A stretch of 63,977 bases of DNA, filler included, from Octopus bimaculoides (GCF_001194135.2; 4 parts of 3 records of this genome joined end to end with filler, not necessarily neighbours in it); one strand, 5' to 3'. Shown: positions 13,701 to 24,823, counted from the first letter of the whole stretch. The notes: generated by a model from the letters alone, not told the origin. A program made the numbers and translations.

Positions 13701-14213
13701 GTTACCTCCCAAACATAATCAAGTTGGAATTTTTTTGATTTTTTTCAAAATACTTCTATTTTTGGTTGTGATATTGTGCTTTGTTTTATTTCTATGCAAA
13801 CTGTCAAATTCAACCCAAACACCCAGCAATATCATATGTGTGTGGGCGTGTGTGTGTGTGTGTATATGTACGCATGTCTTTATCTATGTATGTGTGTGGA
13901 CGTGAGTGATAGTGTGTGAGAGGAGACACTTTGAAAGATATTAGTGGACAATTACAAACACTAACAATGGATATAATAATATTCAGTTCATATATATAAC
14001 AATGTCGGTATATATATGTCTGTACATGTTTGTGTATATGTGTGCGTGTGGTTTTTAATAAATGTTCACCAATAAATGTACATCCATAATAAACATAACA
14101 AGTGCACAATGTAACAGCACACCACGACCACCACCACCAACAACAACAACAACAACAACAGCAGCAACAAAATAATAATAATAATTATTATTATTATTAT
14201 TATTCATTATCAG

Positions 14214-14246
<33 letters not shown>

Positions 14247-14356
14247 TTTATTAATTTTATTATTATTATTATTATTAATTTTATTATTATTATTATTATT
14301 CATTATCAGTTTATTATTATTATTATTATTATTTTTATTATTTTTATTATTATTAC

Positions 14357-14465
<109 letters not shown>

Positions 14466-14667
14466 GAAGTAAGTAGTAAAATAATATAACAACAATACAA
14501 CAATGAAATAATAATTATTTCTTAACAACAAAACAAGATTTCTTTGAACTTTTATAAATCGCTTGCTGAACCTTTCATAATGACAAACAATACGATTACA
14601 ACAATTTTGAATATCTACATCTATATCTATGTATTTCTCTCTCACACTTTCTTATCTCTGCTTTTCT

Positions 14668-14767
14668 NNNNNNNNNNNNNNNNNNNNNNNNNNNNNNNNN
14701 NNNNNNNNNNNTTAATTAATTAANNNNNNNNNNNNNNNNNNNNNNNNNNNNNNNNNNNNNNNNNNNN
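14668..14767. other. Artificial scaffold join: N44-TTAATTAATTAA-N44
   Basis: Exactly 44+12+44 = 100 nt; the palindromic 12-mer has stops in all six frames; identical at three sites. Confidence 0.95.
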
Positions 14768-14787
14768 GGAATACAGGAAGAGTCTCA

Positions 14788-14799
14788 TGCGCATGCGTA
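14788..14799. promoter_or_regulatory. NRF1-like element TGCGCATGCGTA
   Basis: One mismatch to the TGCGCATGCGCA consensus, inside a CpG-rich unique block. Confidence 0.3.
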
Positions 14800-15280
14800 G
14801 AGTTCGACACCCAGCTTTGGCGCCTTTTCTCAGTCTCTTCGTTGACTGATCTCCGTCGAGCCAAGACGTCCAACAGAGCTCTCTCACATGTCAGCACCAG
14901 AGCTTCACAAATAACCACGGAAATCATTCAGGAGGCGTCTCAGTAACCGATGGCGACGAGCTACCGAATTCCCTCCAAGCGTGAGCCGAATTCCACTGTA
15001 AATAAATATTGTTATGTTCAGAATCTGCGTTCCGTTGTTTCTTCTAGAAATTTAATGTACGGAAGCGGTGTACACCTAATGGTGTATAACAACTTCCCTA
15101 CACCTCCGTTTTGAACTAGATCCGTATTTAATATACATTTATTCGTCTTTATTGCCCATATCCATATCGCTTACTACTCTGAGTTGCTTCGCTTAGCTCA
15201 TATTCACATAAATTATGCAAATTACCTGAGAACCGTGTATGTTTTCTACTCTGTCTGAATATCTCTTCTGTTGGACCGTT

Positions 15281-15325
15281 GCAGTGCTGATGACGCCTGT
15301 GGATGTAGAAACACGTGTCCACAGC
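15281..15325 (+). ncRNA. Minimal type I hammerhead ribozyme motif
   Basis: GCAGTG-CTGATGA-cgcctgtggatgta-GAAAC-ACGT-GTC-CACAGC: full catalytic core, palindromic stem III (ACACGTGT), stem I GTG/CAC plus GC/GC, GUC cleavage triplet ending at 15319. Confidence 0.7.
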
Positions 15326-16559
15326 TGTCATTTTGTCCCCAAACAACTAGATTGCCTTTTCTGTAATGGCGTGTTAACTTCAAAGAATTCCTGAAACTGT
15401 CTCTCGCATTTGGAGTTGGTCGAGTTGCATGCAAGGCATTTCTTTGCTCTTCTATCGAAGGGAAGCTACTTTCACAATGTTAGGGAGTTATGATGTTTCA
15501 TATACTTTTATAATACACGCGCGTTCGTATATGTGTGCCCGTCAGTGTATGTGATCTAAGTACAAGAATAATGCTTAGATGAACGCAAGTGAATGAAATC
15601 TAACTAGATACCCGAGCCAATGAAAGATCCTCTAAGCGGTTGCTCGTTCTGCCAGAAATAGCAACTAAATCTGGCTCAAATCATTCCCTATCATCTTACA
15701 GAACAATACACTGGATTGTGTAGTCTGGATATATTATTCTTAAAAGATAGAAATGTTTGGGATCCGAGTCAACTTGGAGCTAAATAACAACAAAGTAATT
15801 TTCACAATTTGGTCGTTAGGGCCACATAATTTCTCTTGGATGAACAACCACCAAAAGGAAAAGGAGGAGGAGGAAGGTAAAAAAGAAGGGTACAAGTATA
15901 ATAGAAACTTATTTTAAGGTAACCATAAAAATATAATGGAAATAGACAAAACTGTTTGTCTATTAAAATTTATAACAAAGTATCCTAAACAAAGTATATA
16001 TTTATTCATTAATAATGTTAAACTTAGATATTTTATATTTTTTATAACATGAAATAGATGTATAACATTGTTTAATAAATGTTGCATCACCCGCCCCACC
16101 CCAAAGAAACCCCTCAATAAAATAAACGAAAAAGGATTATAACCAGGTACACAATACCATTTTATCCTGTGTAAAAGATCATAGATATGCGGGTCGATAA
16201 ATAAAGTTCGAGTGAAGTACAGGAAAATAGACTCCTGTTCCTCCTATAGAGCACTGTTGATATGAATGAAATAGAAGAAGAGGGGGAGGAGAAAAGAAAA
16301 AGAAGCTAAAGAGAGGAAGAAATGAGATGAAAGAGAGGAATATAAAAGACAATGGTGAAGAGAGGAAGAAAAAGAAGAAAAGAAAAATATACAGACGAAG
16401 ACGACGAAAGGAGGAAGAAAAAGAAAAGTTGTTCAAATTATAAGGCACAGTAGACTTCTCGGATCCATGGAAGTAGGAAGCAGCCTGAATTATAAGACTT
16501 ACTGGAAACAAAAGAAAAAAAGAAGAAAGCGTGCTACAGCAGCAGTTAAATAGGGCAAT

Positions 16560-16900
16560 GAAGAAGAATTAACATGACGTTGTTAGCTAATTTCTAGCGA
16601 AGGCGGTCTGCGAAACTGCGTCGATCAATAGAGAATGTAGTTGGTTGGCACTAGACACTTGCAGAGGGGTTACGAGCACTTCTTGGAAGAGGGGTCCTCG
16701 TATAATAGGAGATAGAATTTGATTGGTTAATAAACCACACAGAATTCAACATGGCTTACGTTACTTATTGGCCGTAAATTCGTAGCAATCAATATCTGAA
16801 TTTAATTAATCTATTTTTCTGTATGTGTTTGGTGTTTGCTTTCAATTTGTTCACTGTATGTTCTTCATTAAAATTTATCAGCAAACAAAGCAAATAAACA
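16560..16900. promoter_or_regulatory. Probable SERGEF promoter / 5' region, possibly bidirectional
   Basis: CpG-retaining unique sequence directly upstream of the ATG, with a CCAAT box (GATTGG near 16711); CpG depletion begins about 2 kb downstream. No transcript data. Confidence 0.45.
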
Positions 16901-16904
16901 AAGG

Positions 16905-16922
16905 ATGAAGTTATTTTCGTGG
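16905..16922 (+). CDS. SERGEF: SERGEF coding exon 1 (MKLFSW)
   Basis: ATG AAG TTA TTT TCG TGG followed by donor GTAGGT; in-frame TAA upstream at 16869; supplies the xLFxW strand preceding G-S-N of RCC1 repeat 1 in exon 2 (phase 0). Confidence 0.8.
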
Positions 16923-19434
16923 GTAGGTTTCGTTATTTCACTCATGATTTTCTCTACGTTTATTAAGATGTCTAATAAACGATTATCGATTTTAACTCAA
17001 GGCGCTAATTGGACTGACGTACATTTACAAACTTTAATATAACAACCTTGTTTTCTAAATTAAGAAATAAAGAATGAACAAGCAACAAGTTGGAGAGGTG
17101 CTTTCATATACTTTACTTACATAAGCACCGATTTTTATGCATTTTATCTAAAAACCTAATTAATATTAAATTGTAATGCGCTTTCTTCCTGTTAGTACTT
17201 TCAAATAATATTTATCCATTATTTTTCGAATATTTATCAATCTCGGTGCGCCATTTGAGCAAAAGGAAAGCTGAAACCGCGATAGGGTTTGGGTTTTGGA
17301 TTTTTACTGTTTCACTTTTGTGCCTTTAAGGAAACGTGAACGTTACAATATTTCTCATAAACTGAAGAATTTTGTTCTCAGAAAAAAAAAATTCATCAAG
17401 CCGATTTTTGAATTTGTTTCATTCAATTTGGCAACCTCGCTAATCGAATTTAATTTGTATAAATTCTCTTCGACGCTTGTTATTTTATAATTTTAATAAT
17501 ATGCGAAAATACCAGTTTAATTCCATTTTCAAACATTTTTTTTCTTCTCAAAATTTCATATAGTAGTTTTAAAAATTACTATTGAAATATACAAAAATGT
17601 TCTAAAATTATTTCGATAAAAATGTCTTTCAATTTCAAAGTAACAAACACCGGCAACTTAATTTTAAAAAACCCCTAAAGAGGTTATGTTTAATGGAACG
17701 ATGTATGGTAGTTTACTTCGAGTATTGATTTCTTTTGATGAAGTCTATCACTAGCGGCGATTCGATGACCGACACTAGTAAAAATATGGGACAGTCCCAA
17801 ATCGGACAGATTCCTCTTCTTCCCACAATATACGAACTTATTTAAACTCCTGAATTCTCAATTCAAGGAGCCTCTACATGGTCGCTCTTCCTGTGAGAAG
17901 AAGCTGCCAAATATCCCTCAAACCTCATCTTATCGTAAAAAGGAATGCTTTACATAATGCAGTCCGGGCGTCATTCTTCTTCAATATAAGGCCAAATGGT
18001 TATAGTTTAAATACCTTTTATCATGGGTTTTCTCGATTGTGGCCGACTTGGGGGACTAAACAACAGTGACCTTTTGAATAATCAGATCCAGGCAGAATAT
18101 ATATTTAAAAGAAACAAACTGAACCGAAACTAAATTCTGCAGCATATTTATTCTACTAAAGAAAGCGGACATGGAATTGTAACATGTCTCGGTGATCAGC
18201 TAAGATGGTGATATCTAGTCTTTTTAATGGTATTATTAGTTAAGGTTCAGTTTATCGAATTGAAAATTTTGAAATATTTAGATAACAGTTTTTTATTGCG
18301 TCAAAAGAGCAATATTGAAATAGTTTTGTCATCGAAAGTCAACTTCGGTCTGCGAGTAAATAAAAAAAAGATGTGCAAGGGAAGTAACTCTAAAATACAC
18401 TTGCTGGACTTATAAATGCAGTTCTTATTTCATGATGAAAATATTTTTATAAGAGATTTTAACAAAAATTGTGACTTCGAGTTTCCAATCTTTTGTCTGA
18501 ACTGTACGTAATGGTTTCTATTGAAAGTTATGTAATTTCGTCATCTAATGTTGGGTAGATATAGGGTTGGACAAAGATCAGGATGGTGGACTAGAGCAGT
18601 ATTTTTCAGGAAGAGGAAAGTTGTGAGCATGGGAAAGGAGTCAGACAAATTGCCATGTTTGATAAAATTAATGTGGTTTAAACCTATTCAACACAACGAT
18701 AAAGAAAGAAGAGTTACATAGTATTTTTTTTACTCTACATGATCACACATATATATATATATATATGGTATGGCTGTGTGATTAAGAAGACCACTTCCCA
18801 ACCACATAGTTTTAGGTTCAGTTCTACTGTATAGTACCTTGGGCAACTGTTTTGTATCATAACAAGATGCTGACCAAAGCCTTGTGAATAGAATTGGTAG
18901 ATAGAAACCGAAAGAAGCTTGTCATATATGTGTATATGTATATGGTGTGTAGGTATGTGTGTATGTTAGTGTCACCTAGTCTTGACATCATGAAATAGTA
19001 AGCAATCATCACTGTCATACAAGTGATGTTCATTTCCGATCTTCTGTTAAAAAACTTGTCTGGCCATGAATAAATATTGCCTTGCTTGGAGGCTGGTGAG
19101 GGTTAGCAACAGGAAGAGCATCTGCTAATAGAAAATCTGCTCAGTGAATTCCATCTGACTCATACAAACATGGAAAAAATGGATGTTAAAATTATAAACA
19201 CACACACACACACACACACATGCATAATCAAAAGAATAGAAAATATAATTGTCTAGGATAAGTAAGGATAAAGTAGCCAAAATTCAATTAAGCTATAGTA
19301 ATATCCTTATATCAGCTTTAAAATATAAGATTTTAATTATTCTACTCCTGAAATCAACATTTAGCAATGTTTAACTAAGAACTCATCTGATTAATTACTG
19401 TTTAACGATCTGCATTTAATGTTCTGTATTACAG

Positions 19435-19573
19435 GGGTCAAACAGCCATGGGCAACTGGCTCAAGGGCAGCCAGATGATCTCAATGTCCCTACTGAAATT
19501 GTACAAAACACTTGTTCATTTGAAGACATTTCATCTATTACTGGAGGTGGTGGTCATTCTTTACTAGTCTCCA
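19435..19573 (+). CDS. SERGEF: SERGEF exon 2 (GSNSHGQLAQGQPDDLNVPTEIVQNTCSFEDISSITGGGGHSLLVS)
   Basis: Acceptor ttacag, donor GTAAGT; RCC1 repeat with GxNxxGQL and ITGGGGHS, the latter matching vertebrate SERGEF as recalled. Confidence 0.95.
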
Positions 19574-20737
19574 GTAAGTCATTTTATCATTATTTAAGTT
19601 ATAAACAACAATAAAAAAAACATTTTAGAAAGTTACTGTCTATACTGGTTGTATTGTCAAAGCACTGACACTAAACTGTGTCCCTTGCAAAAACATCAAA
19701 CCACTTTGAATGGCTTATTCTACCTAACCATTATGACAAAATGAGGAGGTGTGGTAGACAATAGACAATATGAGGTGTGGTTCGGTGCTGTGAGCTGTGA
19801 GTTTAATTGATGAAGAATTTCATTTGATCTTTTAATGTTCAGTTACTTTTCCTAGATACCAGACAGAAAACTGAAAATGCTTGCCACTAATCTGGCTTAT
19901 CTCATTTCCATTTGAAATATGCTCCTGGGTCTATACAACAACATCATCATCATCATCCAGTGTTTTAAATCTGGGTTTTGTCTCCATTAATGGGGATGGC
20001 CGGATCTACCTCAATGCCATAGCAACTGAGGCAGGCAGGTGCAGCCCACCCCAACCTGATGCCCATTCACCTTTGCTATCATGAGGCTTTTTTGAAGCTG
20101 GATTTTCGATGGAGAGCATGCCTTTGCTTACCCCCAACCTCAGTTTCCAGACATGAGTGGTCCCGAGACCAAGGCTTCTACCATAATTTTTGAGAAATGT
20201 GAGATCCCTTTCAGAGCCCCCCTACCTATTTATACAACAACAGCTACAGATGTGTATTATTTTAGGTAGAGAGCTAGCAGAATAACACATTGGACAAAAT
20301 GCTTACTGGTATTCCTTCCTGCTTCCTTTCCTCTTTTTCTGAGTTCAGATTCCATCAAAGTCAACTTTGCTTTCATATTTTTGAAGTTGATAAAATAACG
20401 TACCAAGTCATGTATTAGAGTCAATGGATGTAATTAACTAATGCTTCCCCTCTGAAATTAATGTTCTTGTACCAAAATTTAAAACAATCATTTTACTATT
20501 CTTGCAATAAGATATACAGAATGAAGTGAACAAGTGCTGTATGTGGCAGTTGAGTTTTTACTTGAGAAATTGTAATTTGGGTTGAAACATGAGACGTGCA
20601 TAGTAACACAGAGAAAGACAATCATATCAACGAAATGGAGAACCTTGATAATATGCATTGTGCTCTCTTCTAGTATGTAAGACTATTTAATTATAAATAA
20701 GTGATGTACTTTCATGACTAAAGATTTTTTCTTGCAG

Positions 20738-20890
20738 AGAATGGAATTGTATATTCTTCTGGTGCCATTGGTAAGGAAGAATGTTGTCAAGATGACAAAA
20801 TGCATAATACATTCCTTAAAGTCAGTGGCCTTTCATCTTATAAAATAACACAAGTTACAGCTGGCTGGGACTTCTCTATAGCACTTACAG
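20738..20890 (+). CDS. SERGEF: SERGEF exon 3 (KNGIVYSSGAIGKEECCQDDKMHNTFLKVSGLSSYKITQVTAGWDFSIALT)
   Basis: Acceptor cttgcag, donor GTTAGT, phase 1-1, open frame; ITQVTAGWDFSIALT matches SERGEF IQQVACGWDFTIMLT. Confidence 0.92.
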
Positions 20891-21058
20891 GTTAGTAACC
20901 AGCTTTAATATATTTAATATAACTAAATCACTCCCTCTTTTCTCTCTCTCATTGGCACATATGCACACACTCACATTTGCCTTGCTACAAAATTACTCAA
21001 TATCTCTGTTAAATAGTTTTTTTTGTTTTCATTAAGCATTATTTTTCCTTTTTAATAG

Positions 21059-21138
21059 ATGAAGGTCGTGTATTCACATGGGGATCTAACACTTTTGGTC
21101 AGCTTGGAGTCACTGGTACTCTTAAGTCACTTCTCCCA
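21059..21138 (+). CDS. SERGEF: SERGEF exon 4 (DEGRVFTWGSNTFGQLGVTGTLKSLLP)
   Basis: Acceptor ttaatag, donor GTAAGT; canonical RCC1 WGSNxFGQLG. Confidence 0.95.
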
Positions 21139-22686
21139 GTAAGTACTTGATTTTTATTTAAATTAGTTAAGGTGTAATGTACTGAATGATGTATACACAC
21201 ACACACACACATACACACACACACACACACACACTTTTTAATTATTTCACATTTCCCTCATAGTTGAAGAACCAAAAACAGAATATTGAGCATAACATTT
21301 TAACAACTCTCAAAAAGGAGAGATAATTTCAAATTAAGAATTTCACAAAATTAATTTCCATGCTTAGGTTAAAAATCTTATTCTGCCTTACACAAAAAGA
21401 GACAACAATGGAATGCTTCAAGCTCATTGATACTCATTGTATAAGTATAATCAATACCTAAACCTACTTTGAATGGTTGATAAGTTTTTACGTATAAAAA
21501 ATGAGTTGTGATGATTTGGGGCAGTATAGTTTGCATATCTCATTTTGTTTTTGATTTTTACTTAGGTAATTGTATGAATTTAAATAAATAAGTTATGAGG
21601 TAATATACATATTTAGATGCCCAAGACATGTCACAGGCCATGATTCCATCAGGTTTTAAAGTCCCGAAGCAGTGAAGTGCCTTCAATTGGAAACTGAAAT
21701 TGATTCACAGATTTGTGTCCCCTAAGGATTTACTTGTATGTTGCTGTAAGATTACTGTGAGATTTTCTCAACTCTCAGGAAACTTTGATATGTCATTGAA
21801 ATCCAAACTTTATTTCGCGTACCTATTTGCTTCAACTTTTAAATTATGACTTTTTGCTTTTGCTTGTTCTGGAGGAAGGAACAGTGCCTAGAGCTTTCAC
21901 AGAGTGAAAGAGTTGAGAATGATCCATAAATTTGATGTGATTTGTTTATGTTAATTGAGCTGTTAATTTGTTTGGGTTAATCAGGTGGGTTGAGGAGAAA
22001 GGTTATCAACTAAATTAACACTTATACTTTTAAGACTTTATATTTACTTTTTAAACTCTGAAATTGAATTGTACATAAGTTCAAGGCTCATATTTTGGAC
22101 AGTAGTTGGAGATTGTTATTATAATGGCTTCTTTTCTTTGGAACTGGCTAAGTTTATGCCAGCTCTTCTCAAGCATTTCTACATCACATGTCTCTACACT
22201 TGTCATCCTTGGTCCCACACTAATGACTGGCCAGTCTTTCCTCCCCAGAATATCGATCCTCTGGAATTCCTCTCTGCTCATGTTTTTCCTGCAGGTGTTA
22301 ACTTGCAAAAGTTCAAGAGGAACATTAATGTCATCAATTTCACTGGTCTAGGAGGGCATGGGAAAACTATGGGCACTGCTCCTTTCGCCTGAACAAGTAG
22401 AAGCAAAAAGACATGATTTAAAAGTTGAAACAAGAAGGTAGGTGAAATAAGTTTGGATAGCAGTAAAGTATCCAGTTATTTGTTACATTGGTCATAGTTT
22501 TAGTTAGATGGGTTTGGTTGTAAAGAAATCATATCATAAGAGCTGCAAACTTCTATAGCCCTTAACATATTGTGTCAGAGTTTTTACGGTGGGACCTTTG
22601 ATAGCTTATTTTCATTGGTGAAGAGGATACTTTATATACACATGGTAAGACATCAATATCCCTACACACACACACACACAGAGTTT

Positions 22687-22824
22687 TTTTTTTATTGAAA
22701 CTGAAGCAGAGTTTGTCTCATGACTTGGGTTTCATGCCACTTTAATCTTCAGATTTTTCACCTGATAAATCACAGTGGTGTGAAACTCGAGTTTTGAGAC
22801 AAGCTCTTAGTTTCAATAAAAAAA
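22687..22824. repeat. Inverted repeat (arms 22687-22752 and 22762-22824) carrying hammerhead-like cores
   Basis: Arms are reverse complementary apart from CpG-type transitions and small indels; CTGAAGA..GAAAC..GTC on - in the left arm, CTGATAA..GAAACTCGAGTT on + in the right arm. Confidence 0.8.
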
Positions 22825-22966
22825 TTAATATCCTCTACAACATGTATCGAGCACTCATTTGTCTGACATAAACTAACATATGTTCAGTTGTCAATTCTGA
22901 CAAATCTTCTGCTCGCTGAGGAATTTCAACCATGTTTCGTGGTCTGCTACCGCAACAGCTCCTTTA

Positions 22967-23317
22967 TAGGATCCAGTTAGCTCAAGACATCATCAGGAGG
23001 AACCACGTCTGGTTTCGGCCCCTACTCCTCTACCGTTTTGACATGGCGGGGCCCCTCCTTTCGGAGGTGTCTCCAGCTCTGGTGTTGGGTGCATATCTTC
23101 TTTCACTGTTTGTGACTGTTCTAATTCAACTGTGGAATGTCCCTCGCTATGGTTATTTTCCAGGAGGTTCTGGCCACACGTTTTACAGTTCATCAACCCG
23201 CGTTGTTGAATTACTTTCTTCTGACATACCTTCCCTTGGTGGATTAGGATCCAGTTAGCTCAAGACATCATCAGGAGGAACCACGTCCGGTTTCGGCCCC
23301 TATTCCTCTACCGTTTT
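22967..23317. repeat. 73-bp direct repeat (22967-23039 and 23245-23317) flanking a GC-rich insert
   Basis: Two mismatches in 73 bp; period 278 bp; CpGs retained. Confidence 0.9.
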
Positions 23318-23391
23318 AAAAATATTCATGACATGAAAATTGTTGAGTTTTGAAAAGCAATGGCATATGTTCCATTCTGATTACATTACAG

Positions 23392-23494
23392 GTTGAAATA
23401 TCCATCAACGCAGAAGACAGTGATAGTGAGAGAGACAGATCATGTATGGTTACCCACATTGTGGCAGGAATGAGGCACAGCATGGCTTTGACAA
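23392..23494 (+). CDS. SERGEF: SERGEF exon 5 (VEISINAEDSDSERDRSCMVTHIVAGMRHSMALT)
   Basis: Acceptor ttacag, donor GTAAAG; IVAGMRHSMALT matches SERGEF IAAGLRHAVAAT; phases 0-1 fit neighbours. Confidence 0.92.
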
Positions 23495-24823
23495 GTAAAG
23501 TGATGTAAACTGTTTTTATGATGCAAATTTAATATTTCTTGACCCTTTTGATACTAACTCATCTAGGACCACCTTTGGTTCTACAAATTTTCTATTTTGA
23601 ATTGCTCTAAATTAGGACCTTCCAATAAAATTTCTTGTTAACTTATGTCCCAAAAACCAATGTAAATAATAACAAAGTTATTTTACTAAATTCTTCATTA
23701 TTTTTAACTGAAACAACGACAGTGTACTTCAACAGAAGTATGATAACGAAAGAGTTAAATATTTTATTCCAACATGTTTTGACAAATCTTTACAATTTAC
23801 CTTAGAAAATATCTGAAAATCTTCTGATTAATTTTAAAAACTGAGATAGTGAAATGTGAGATTTATGGAATGTTACCTACATTCATCAATTTCAGTTTAG
23901 AGAAACATAGTAGCTGTAGGATTAAAGAGGATTAAAGAGCTGCACAAATGGTTATATGGTTTAGAGTTAAAACCTTACTCTACACCATTGCATTGTACTT
24001 TTGAGCAACGCAGTCATAAGGTATGGGCACACTGGACAATTGCCTCAAGAGCCCCCCTGTGGGACTAAGGGGCCAATGTTATTCTATGTATGCTGTGGCT
24101 TGCTATCAATAAATTTCTGCTTCATGGTTTTAGTGTCAGCCATAGAAAGGGCATCCAACTGTAAAAGTAATTGCTCCAATAAAACATCATTCTAGTCCTG
24201 CATGAATAGAAAAGTAGATATAAACAATATCTACTCTGATCAGATAGACAAAAAAAAATGATAAATGTAAAGCAGTTAAATAGAACAGTGAGTTTTGTAC
24301 TTAAGTATATTAGAAAAAGAGCTTTAAATATTAGTATTTAAAGATTGTTGATGTAGCTATTTTTTAACATTGTTGTATGATTGAAAACTGGGTCTTTGAA
24401 TTTGTTTGTACCATATTCCTGGTAATAACTTCTGTTAATTTTTTATTCAATCATTCTTTTAAATGCAGTTAGGTATTGGATAAAAGTAAAAATACATTTT
24501 AAAAAGAATTTTGTTTTCTGGTGGAAGATGAAGACATTCAAAGTGACAGGTGTCAAACGTCTTGATTAACAATTTTTTATATTCAACTAGACAATGCTCA
24601 GTCTAAAAGAAAGAGCATATTTTAGGAATTAGTCCATGTCTTTTTGCTAGATATAAGTTGAAAACCAAGATAAATTATTTTTTCGATAAATTAGATAAAT
24701 TAAAAATTTGTCTCCCTGATGAGTTGCTTAAAATTTACATTAACTTTCACAAGCTTAATATTTGTTATGTGTGTGTGTTTGTGTGTGTGTGTAACATTTT
24801 ATAAATAACTCATGTGACCACAG

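Noticed and set aside
14768-14927. Neuropeptide precursor reading of MISVVICEALVLTC…RRR…KRR
   Set aside because: The hydrophobic stretch is short and contains Glu, there is no amidation signal or repeat, and it is truncated by the join; kept only as an unidentified ORF.
15246-15434. CGHVFLH in ORF 15246-15434 as the missing VPS18 RING exon
   Set aside because: Wrong position relative to the 3' exons, no further RING ligands, and the codons are the antisense of the hammerhead stem III.
15226-15451. Minus-strand frame KKCLACNSTNSKC…SCLGTK-TGA-QLWTRV… open except for one TGA (selenoprotein?)
   Set aside because: No known Sec motif context, no SECIS seen and no start; the TGA overlaps sequence next to the + strand hammerhead.
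22967-23039. Canonical hammerhead in the 73-bp repeat
   Set aside because: GAAAC precedes CTGATGA with only 4 nt after the putative UH, too short for a type II stem I, and no type I/III pairing works.
22932-23258. 108-aa + strand ORF (MFRGLLPQ…) as a nested gene
   Set aside because: It starts and ends within the duplicated insert, with no recognisable domain or splice context.
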